Below are positions 1 to 5,548 of a DNA stretch of 5,758 nucleotides, piece by piece. The notes under the pieces are model-generated. The model saw only the letters and a list, made by a program, of their open reading frames with translations, had not been told where the DNA came from and searched no databases. Position numbers and translations under genes: made by a program. Where the stretch lies: the NCBI RefSeq assembly GCF_020969955.1, contig NZ_JAHDSX010000078.1, positions 1-5,758 on the forward strand, given 5' to 3'. Within the stretch, counting starts at the first letter, position 1. Each line of letters starts with the position of its first letter. The stretch is from Allobaculum fili (GTDB taxonomy: Bacteria; Bacillota_I; Bacilli_A; Erysipelotrichales; Erysipelotrichaceae).

Positions 1-79
<79 letters not shown>

Positions 80-194
80 TATTGACTCAAACGCTTATGC
101 GTTTAATGTTTCGTGAATAAATGATTGCTCGAGTACTTTTTGTGATTTTAAGAATCGACGTTGTGTATTTCGAATTTCTTGATCTGTCTGTAAA

Positions 195-208
195 GTTTTC
201 AAAGAGCC
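195..208 (-). promoter_or_regulatory. boxA-like rRNA antitermination element in the 16S leader
   Basis: The minus strand reads GGCTCTTTGAAAAC. This is close to the boxA consensus TGCTCTTTAACAA and to the CTTTGAAAAC form that I recall from Firmicutes rrn leaders. It lies between the candidate promoters and the mature 16S 5' end. Confidence 0.5.
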
Positions 209-381
209 ATCTGCTTGTGAGAAACTCGATGCCTCTCACAAGGCTTGTTTATCATATCATCTGCAGAAATCTCTGTCAACAACTGTTTGTGAATTTCTTT
301 ATGATTTTCACTTAAGCTGTTTTCTTCGATATCTAAAGGTGATTTGATGCGTTTTGGAAGTCATTTCCTTAACGCTCACTT

Positions 382-410
382 AGAATATCACAGCATTTTC
401 TCCTATGCAA
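382..410 (-). promoter_or_regulatory. Candidate rrn promoter (proximal, P2)
   Basis: The minus strand reads TTGCAT (405-410), a 17-nt spacer ending in TGa (extended -10), then TATTCT (382-387). An A/T-rich UP-like tract (GAAAATGTTTTAAAAATTCACAAATAA) lies upstream. Assigned by eye only. Confidence 0.4.
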
Positions 411-508
411 GCCTTATTTGTGAATTTTTAAAACATTTTCACATCTAGGAATTGCTAGAGATTCAGCTGTGTTCTTCAAGCGGCTGTCTGCTTTCAAACA
501 GCTTTGTT

Positions 509-538
509 AAGATACTCCTTCTTTACGGAATCTGTCAA
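509..538 (-). promoter_or_regulatory. Candidate rrn promoter (distal, P1)
   Basis: The minus strand reads a consensus -35 TTGACA (533-538), an 18-nt spacer, then TATCTT (509-514). It is preceded by the A/T-rich GAGTATTTTAAT. Tandem promoters are typical of rrn operons. Assigned by eye only. Confidence 0.4.
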
Positions 539-713
539 ATTAAAATACTCTCGCCGCATTTTCCAGAAAATTGAAATAGTAAATTCCAGTCCTGGGCGAT
601 TTTTTTCGTTTCGTCTTTCTGGAAATTCTAACTTCCATTTCGAACTTAAATTCCAGTTTTCTTTCCTGCGAACCGCGCGTCTGCTGGATCTTCTGCCTGC
701 AGAACCTGGCAGA

Positions 714-763
714 CAAAAAGGCTGCTCAAATGCAGGACAGAACCGTCTGTCTTCGAGCAGCCT
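714..763 (-). terminator. Rho-independent terminator of the GntR-ABC operon (also insulates the rrn promoters)
   Basis: The outer stem has 9 bp (719-727 AGGCTGCTC pairs with 755-763 GAGCAGCCT). The inner stem has 6 bp (736-741 GACAGA pairs with 746-751 TCTGTC) with a 4-nt loop. On the minus-strand RNA the hairpin runs directly into UUUUUGUCU, whose first U is the closing base of the stem (719) and whose remainder is 718-711. It lies about 80 nt downstream of the permease stop. Confidence 0.7.
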
Positions 764-842
764 GGATTCTCAAGTCGAGCACGATGGGAAAAGGACTATC
801 CGTTTCCACGGGATCCGCGCACTGTTTGAGATTTTTCTGTTT

Positions 843-1490
843 TTATTTCTGATCCATTTTCGCGAGCAGTCTGGGAACGATCAGGTAAGAAAGCACGACG
901 CAAAGCACCATAATGGCAAAGCATGTCCACAGAAAATCGGTCTGCATGCTGAAAGGGGCTGCATCGGCTGTGGCCATCGCTTTCGCCGAAGCCTCATTCA
1001 GTTTGATGCTCCACAGAGCAACGCAGGCACCGCCGGGCAGGAGAGATCCAAAAATACCCAGGATGAAGGCGCTCTTTGGCAGCATGGTGATCAGCGGAAT
1101 GCCAAAGCCGAGGGCGGAAAACGACAGAATCCAGCCGAGCAGAATATTGATCAGTACAACTTCCTGATCTTTTCCAAAGCCAAGACCATAGACGATTGCC
1201 AGACTGAGTCCGAACCCAAACAGTCCGCAAAGCAGACTGAGGATATATTTTTCGCGGATGGCGGTCGGTCTGGAAATGGGCAGTGCGGTCTGATACAGAT
1301 TCCATCCGCTCATTCGATCGGTAATGATCGACGCTACGCCCTGCATCAGAAAATAAATTGTAATATAGGAAATCAAGCCTTCACTGGCGTCCATCCAGAT
1401 CATGAAAATACTGATCAGGGCGAAGATTCCCAGCATTACAATCCACTGGGTTTTCAGCATCATGAAGTCCTTTTTCATAAGTCCTTTCAT
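843..1490 (-). CDS. ABC-2 type transporter permease (integral membrane subunit of the YtrA-type ABC system)
   Basis: This is a 215-aa ORF with about six long hydrophobic segments (for example WIVMLGIFALISIFMIW, ILSLLCGLFGFGLSLAIVYGLGF, LWTCFAIMVLCVVLSYLIV). An AAAGGAG RBS lies 6 nt upstream of the ATG. Its start overlaps the stop of the upstream ABC ATPase gene by 4 nt (ATGA). The function is inferred from context and hydropathy, not from a diagnostic motif. Confidence 0.8.
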   Translation of the reverse strand: MKGLMKKDFMMLKTQWIVMLGIFALISIFMIWMDASEGLISYITIYFLMQGVASIITDRMSGWNLYQTALPISRPTAIREKYILSLLCGLFGFGLSLAIVYGLGFGKDQEVVLINILLGWILSFSALGFGIPLITMLPKSAFILGIFGSLLPGGACVALWSIKLNEASAKAMATADAAPFSMQTDFLWTCFAIMVLCVVLSYLIVPRLLAKMDQK

Positions 1491-2353
1491 CGGCTTTCTC
1501 CTTTCCGCTGCCCTTTGGACAGCATGACGATCATTTCATCGAGCGTCGCCGGATGAATTGCATAATCCGGATACCGCCGGCTGAACTCGGTACGGTCTTT
1601 GACCAGCATTTCGGTATGCAGACTTTGCGCTCTTGCAGCCAGGATCAGCTGCTCATCGACGAACTGAACCTGATCCGCGGTCAGCTGGGCAATGCCAAAC
1701 CGATCGATTTCCTCACGGTCGAGCTCGAACAGGATTTTTCCGTCCTGAATGTAGAGAATCGAATCTGCAATCCGTTCCAGATCCGAAGTAATATGACTCG
1801 TCATCAAAATGGCATGGTTTTCGTCTTCCATGAATTCCTGCAGCAGATCCAGAATTTCTTCGCGTACGACCGGATCCAGTCCGGCGGTCGCCTCATCAAG
1901 CAGAAGCAGGTCCGGCTGATGCGCCAGTGCCGTCGCAATCGAGAGTTTCATGTACATGCCGCGGGAGAGATGGGCAATTTTCCGATCCAGCGGTACCTGA
2001 AAACGATCCAGAAAACGGAAGAAGTAGTCTTCCTGCCAGTTTTCATAAATCGTCTTCATGATGGACGAGATTTCTTTTGGCGTGAATGCGCCCGGCAGAC
2101 CTTTGGAGTCGCCGGAATAGCCGATTTGGTTGTGCAGGCGCGCATTGTCCAGGGCATTTTCGCCGTACATCAGAATTTCGCCGGACTGGGGAATGTCCTG
2201 TCCAAGAATGCATCGAATCGTTGTACTCTTTCCCGAGCCGTTTTCACCGACCATGCCGACAACCCGGCCGGCCGGGACGGTAAAGGAAACGTCCTTCAAA
2301 GAAAAATCCTTAAAGGCTTTATTGAGACGGGTTACTTTAAGTGCGTCTTTCAT
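1487..2353 (-). CDS. ABC transporter ATP-binding protein
   Basis: This is a 288-aa ORF. It has Walker A GENGSGKST (aa 36-44), an ABC signature variant LSRGMYMKLSIA, Walker B LLLLDEATAGLD and an H-loop MTSHITSD. It overlaps both the regulator stop and the permease start by 4 nt. Confidence 0.95.
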   Translation of the reverse strand: MKDALKVTRLNKAFKDFSLKDVSFTVPAGRVVGMVGENGSGKSTTIRCILGQDIPQSGEILMYGENALDNARLHNQIGYSGDSKGLPGAFTPKEISSIMKTIYENWQEDYFFRFLDRFQVPLDRKIAHLSRGMYMKLSIATALAHQPDLLLLDEATAGLDPVVREEILDLLQEFMEDENHAILMTSHITSDLERIADSILYIQDGKILFELDREEIDRFGIAQLTADQVQFVDEQLILAARAQSLHTEMLVKDRTEFSRRYPDYAIHPATLDEMIVMLSKGQRKGESR

Positions 2354-2736
2354 ACTTCGTCTTCCTCATACAGCAAAGAAACCAGATTCAGCAGCTCTTC
2401 CAGAGTCATCTGCGTTTCTTTCGCTTTTTTAATCAGCGCTTCCGCACAGGCTTCCACTTCTTTCTGTCTGGCTTCCTGCGCTGCCTGGCTGTCGATCTGG
2501 GCAACAACGGTTCCCCGCCCGACAGCCGACTCAATCAGGCCTTCCTGTTTCAGATCTTCGTAGGCTTTCTGAACGGTAATGACGCTGACTTTCAACATTT
2601 TTGCCAGAGCCCGCATGCTGGGAACCGACTGACCCGGGTTCAGCTTGCCGGAAAGGATCTGGCTTCGCATCTGTGTTTCGATCTGCTCATAAATAGGGAC
2701 GTCTCCCCGAAAGCTAAGAACGATTTCCAGTTCCAT
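2350..2736 (-). CDS. GntR-family transcriptional regulator, YtrA subfamily (short C-terminal domain)
   Basis: This is a 128-aa ORF. The N-terminal winged HTH is typical of GntR proteins: PIYEQIETQMRSQILSGKLNPGQSVPSMRALAKMLKVSVITVQKAYEDLKQEGLIESAVGRGTVVA. Only a helical tail of about 50 aa follows, as in YtrA-type regulators that precede ABC ATPase/permease genes. A GGAGA RBS lies about 10 nt upstream of the ATG. Confidence 0.93.
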   Translation of the reverse strand: MELEIVLSFRGDVPIYEQIETQMRSQILSGKLNPGQSVPSMRALAKMLKVSVITVQKAYEDLKQEGLIESAVGRGTVVAQIDSQAAQEARQKEVEACAEALIKKAKETQMTLEELLNLVSLLYEEDEV

Positions 2737-2758
2737 AATGGGTGATCTCCTTTTAGAT

Positions 2759-2774
2759 ATTGTATATATACAAT
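2759..2774. promoter_or_regulatory. Perfect 16-bp palindrome ATTGTATATATACAAT; probable YtrA-type operator overlapping the operon promoter
   Basis: The sequence equals its own reverse complement. It lies 23-38 nt upstream of the GntR start codon, in the A/T-rich region where the -10 must sit (TATATA/TACAAT on the minus strand; a possible -35 TTGAAA or TTGCCA lies further upstream). GntR and YtrA regulators are dimers that autoregulate through short inverted repeats. Confidence 0.55.
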
Positions 2775-2800
2775 CAGTACATTAAACACATTTCAAACGT

Positions 2801-3376
2801 TTGGCAAGAGCTCCGCAAAAATATTCGAATGAGACCTTTTACGCGATGCATTTCCCGCTCCCTGTTAAAAGCCAGACAAAAAGGAAGAGAAACGCTTCGC
2901 CTGTCTTCTCTTCTTCTGGATGGAATCCATCGCTTGGATGGAAGCCATCGCTCATTGCGGATATAAACGGTCCGCTTATGAGCAAGGCGTGCATTTCTCT
3001 TCCTGATTTTGTATTGCGTTGTCTATTGGGTGTTGTATGGCAATTCGTTTCGCGCTTTGAATACGAGCTGGTATTCGGGCGGCTTAGTCGTGAACAGTCA
3101 GGCTGTGCAGCATTTCCACAAATCTATACGCAAATCGGCTACTGGAACGAAGTAGTCAAACGGAATCTTCCCAGAACTCATTTTCTGACCATCGATAACA
3201 ACGCCACCTTTACCAGCGCAGCCGGGATTGGCGCCTTCCCCTACTTTGTTTCCAACTGGCTTCCGCATGCGAATGAAGGCGTCGTCGTCCGTCCCGTCGA
3301 AGACATGACCATTCAGTACTGGCTCGTCTGTCTTCGCCAGAATCAGGAAATGGTCCGTTTCATTCGATCGCTCTGA
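2801..3376 (+). pseudogene. ORF of doubtful status; the C-terminal ~70 aa resemble the end of a LysR-type effector-binding domain (probable truncated remnant)
   Basis: This is a TTG-initiated 191-aa ORF. The tail LTIDNNATFTSAAGIGAFPYFVSNWLPHANEGVVVRPVEDMTIQYWLVCLRQNQEMVRFIRSL follows the LysR C-terminal pattern (x-aaGlGia-lP ... l-v-p ... lv-r ... fi-fl). Its codon third positions look like those of the real genes. The N-terminal ~100 aa look non-protein-like (KRKRNASPVFSSSGWNPSLGWKPS, which comes from translating the tandem repeat). No HTH is present in any + frame, and there is no room for a full ~300-aa LysR protein before the GntR gene. Confidence 0.25.
2917..2952. repeat. Tandem direct repeat, 2 x 18 bp (TGGATGGAATCCATCGCT / TGGATGGAAGCCATCGCT)
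   Basis: The two units (2917-2934 and 2935-2952) differ at one position. Each unit contains the dyad GATGG-N3-CCATC. Confidence 0.85.
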
Positions 3377-3533
3377 AGATCTCTGAGAAACACGCAGTCA
3401 GGGACAGCGGTCCGGCGAGCAATGTTTCTGAGATCCTGGTTCGAATTCTCTGCTGGCTCTATACTGGCTTTCCACTGGTTCTCTGTACCGATACTCTGTA
3501 TCGATTTTCTGTACTCCGTCTTCGAGCGCACTG

Positions 3534-3592
3534 AAAAAAGACAAAGACAGGCTGCCCATCCGGTATTTTTTCCGTTTGAGCAGCCTGTTTTT
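3534..3592. terminator. Bidirectional rho-independent terminator between the ATPase gene and the + strand remnant
   Basis: The stem has 9 bp (3547-3555 ACAGGCTGC pairs with 3580-3588 GCAGCCTGT), with a small inner CGG/CCG stem. On the + strand UUUUCAAUUUGU follows. On the minus strand CUUUGUCUUUUUUC follows. It lies about 70 nt downstream of the ATPase stop (3657). The 24-nt loop is large for an intrinsic terminator. Confidence 0.6.
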
Positions 3593-3656
3593 CAATTTGT
3601 ATTTCTGTTCTGAACTTCTTTGTACAGGGTAGGCACCTGCAGTAGAAATCGTCTGT

Positions 3657-4940
3657 TTAATGGATCAGACGCTCGTAGAAGCTTTTCTGCTGGCGGGCTT
3701 CCTCTTCAAACGCCTTCTGGACCTTCTGGTAAACCGGGTGGTCGAGGACCGGATAGCGCTGCGTGCGAAGCGGGCGGCTTCCGACACGGAAGATGATTTC
3801 TTTTCCGACCGGCATAGAGAGCACGTCTTCCAGCGGCAGATTTGCGCGAATGCTGACGTTTTTTGCCGTCTGCAAGTCCATGCCGCCAAGATAGACGTAT
3901 GTGTTGCAGTTGTTGATAATCGTCGTCGCATCCTCCCGTCCATACATTTTGTTCAGCTGAGATTCGGACTGCAGAAGAAGGGTAACGGAAATGTTCTTTT
4001 CGCGGAAAACCGAAATCATTTCCGGAAAGTTTTCGATGCAGCCGCCGCTCGCAAAGTCGTCGCAGATCATGTGTACGCCAATCGGCAGACGGCCGGAACC
4101 GCACGTATCCGCGAAGTGAAACAGCGTACGGAACACCTGGCCGTAAAAGATATTCAAATAATTCTGAAGACCATTGTTTGTGCTCGAAGTGGAAACAAAC
4201 AGAACGGTTTTCTTCCAGCCCATCTCCGCAATATCCAGCCTCTCCTTCTTGCGAAGCAGTTCCCGCATGGATGAAGGAAACAGGCGGTCGATTTTGGAGT
4301 TCAGATCGCTGAAAATACATCCGGCTGTCCGGATCGGCGTACTGACAAACGTTGACCAGCAGCGGGCCTCAAAGCTGTCCGGCGCAATTTCCAGAATTTC
4401 CCGGAATTCCTTATCCACGCTCGTCTGCACCAGATCGCGCGAATAGTCCAGGTGAATGCGGCTGTGAAACTGCAGCACCTCGTCCAGACCGGCTCCCGGA
4501 TGAAGGCGGCACACATGCGCAATTTCGGCGCTGAACAGCGAAGCAGCGGCCTGTGCCCAGTATGGATCGGCTTGCGAATACGGATTTTTCTGCCCGTCGC
4601 CCACGATGAGCGAGGTGGCAAAATACTCGATGTCTTCATCGGACATCATGTAATCGAGCGGATCAAAGCGGACATCCGATCGTTCCGGATCGATGAAATT
4701 CAGATCAATCACTTTGTAGCCGCGCTCTTCAAACAGACGGCGGTACGTATTGACCAGACGGCGCTTGGTGACGGTAACGACCAGAGACGATTCGGTCGTT
4801 TCCAGCAGGCGCGGTTCGCAGATGGACATCGTTTTTCCGCTCCCGGAAAAGCCGCAGACCATCACGTTGTTGTTGATGCCAGTCAGAGCGCAGTCGCTCG
4901 AATAAATCGCGCGATCGCCGAGAATGATTTTTTCACTCAT
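3657..4940 (-). CDS. Type IV coupling protein-like ATPase (VirD4/TraG/TraD family), short form without N-terminal transmembrane anchor
   Basis: This is a 427-aa ORF. Walker A is GFSGSGKT at aa 30-37. Walker B is VHMICDDF at aa 289-296. The family-typical block REKNISVTLLLQSESQLNKMYGREDATTIINNCNTYVYLGGMDLQTAKNVS follows the pattern R..gi..l.lQS.sQL...YG...a..i..Nc......g..D..TA. A helical insert with DPYWAQAAASLFSAEI resembles the T4CP all-alpha domain. A GGAGGG RBS lies 8 nt upstream, inside the end of the protease gene, and only 4 nt separate the two genes. Confidence 0.88.
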   Translation of the reverse strand: MSEKIILGDRAIYSSDCALTGINNNVMVCGFSGSGKTMSICEPRLLETTESSLVVTVTKRRLVNTYRRLFEERGYKVIDLNFIDPERSDVRFDPLDYMMSDEDIEYFATSLIVGDGQKNPYSQADPYWAQAAASLFSAEIAHVCRLHPGAGLDEVLQFHSRIHLDYSRDLVQTSVDKEFREILEIAPDSFEARCWSTFVSTPIRTAGCIFSDLNSKIDRLFPSSMRELLRKKERLDIAEMGWKKTVLFVSTSSTNNGLQNYLNIFYGQVFRTLFHFADTCGSGRLPIGVHMICDDFASGGCIENFPEMISVFREKNISVTLLLQSESQLNKMYGREDATTIINNCNTYVYLGGMDLQTAKNVSIRANLPLEDVLSMPVGKEIIFRVGSRPLRTQRYPVLDHPVYQKVQKAFEEEARQQKSFYERLIH

Positions 4941-4944
4941 ACGC

Positions 4945-5532
4945 TTATCCCTCCTGAATCAGTTCTCCCAGCTGTGCCTTTCCATCGCACAGCCCAAAAT
5001 CGATGGCTTCCTGCAAGGTGAAATACCGGTCTTTGGCGGACGCTTCCTCAATTTCCTGCACGCTCTTTTTCGTATGTGCAGCCAGAATTTCATGAATGCG
5101 TCCGGAATAGTCGGCGAGTCTTTTCATGACTTCCTTCAGCGATTCATGGTTTCCCGCAAACGAAGAATTCAGCAGAGGCTCATGAATCATGAGCTGGCTG
5201 TCTTCAAACATCAGACGCTTCGCGCCTGCCGCAAACAGAACGGCAGCCATCGAATAGCCTTTCTGCATGCAGACGGTATGGATGGGTGCCGGACTCGACT
5301 GCATGGCGTCATAAATCAGCAGGCCGGCCCCAACTTCCCCGCCGGGTGAATTGATATACAGATCAATGGGCTGACTGGGATCTTCCTCATTGAGTGTCAG
5401 CAGCTGCAAAACGATGCTGTTGGCTTTTTCTTCATCCACTTCTCCAAACACCAGGATGCGCCGTCTGGACAGATGCCGGGTTTCCATAGGAATCAGGGTG
5501 GTTCCCTGACAGGTCTTTTCACTCAGATACAT
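4945..5532 (-). CDS. clpP: ClpP-family (peptidase S14) serine protease paralogue
   Basis: This is a 195-aa ORF. It contains DLYINSPGGEVGAGLLIYDAMQ, CMQKGYSMAAVLFAAGAK, LMIHEP and AKDRYFTLQEAIDFGL. By eye these align to E. coli ClpP [39 protein letters not shown], MIHQP and ERDRFLSAPEAVEYGL. The catalytic Ser94, His117 and Asp168 are all retained. A strong AGGAGG RBS lies 6 nt upstream of the ATG. The symbol is given at family level only; this is probably not the housekeeping clpP. Confidence 0.9.
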   Translation of the reverse strand: MYLSEKTCQGTTLIPMETRHLSRRRILVFGEVDEEKANSIVLQLLTLNEEDPSQPIDLYINSPGGEVGAGLLIYDAMQSSPAPIHTVCMQKGYSMAAVLFAAGAKRLMFEDSQLMIHEPLLNSSFAGNHESLKEVMKRLADYSGRIHEILAAHTKKSVQEIEEASAKDRYFTLQEAIDFGLCDGKAQLGELIQEG

Positions 5533-5548
5533 AACTGGCCTCCTTTAC

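Noticed and set aside
121-315. 64-aa + strand ORF in the region next to the 16S gene
   Set aside because: It lies inside the minus-strand rRNA leader and spans the boxA-like element. It has no RBS, and the peptide is hydrophobic and low-complexity.
719-730. The 12-mer AGGCTGCTCAAA is shared between the terminator at 719-763 and (as reverse complement) the terminator at 3547-3588, suggesting a repeated terminator family
   Set aside because: One 12-nt match on either strand within 5.8 kb is roughly what chance predicts. The rest of the two hairpins differ.
504-1556. 350-aa + strand ORF (TTG start)
   Set aside because: It lies antisense to the well-supported permease gene and extends into the terminator and rrn promoter region. 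The translation is low-complexity (runs of R/Q/G/N) with no recognisable motif and no RBS. It is a shadow ORF.
1553-2563. 336-aa + strand ORF
   Set aside because: It is exactly antisense to the ABC ATPase and part of the GntR gene, both of which carry diagnostic motifs. It has no motifs of its own. It is a shadow ORF.
3436-3450. GGTTCGAATTC, resembling the tRNA T-loop consensus GGTTCGAATCC (a possible tRNA or tRNA-fragment attachment site)
   Set aside because: The flanking bases do not form a T-stem (CCTGG vs TCTCT). No acceptor or anticodon arms can be built on either strand.
3398-3595. 65-aa minus-strand ORF (TTG start), with the overlapping 62-aa ORF at 3343-3531, as a possible third gene of the ATPase-protease operon
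   Set aside because: It starts within, and reads through, the bidirectional terminator hairpin (3547-3588). It has no credible RBS and an unconvincing peptide. It cannot be excluded without conservation data.
3660-5349. Several 60-204-aa ORFs on both strands overlapping the ATPase and clpP-like genes (3660-4274 +, 3665-3943 -, 3706-4320 -, 4174-4446 +, 4301-4639 -, 4352-4534 +, 4452-5021 +, 4924-5349 +)
   Set aside because: All are alternative-frame or antisense readings of two genes with strong family motifs, RBSs and coupling. Their translations are Arg/Gly/Pro/Ala-rich, as is typical of off-frame ORFs in moderately GC-rich coding DNA.
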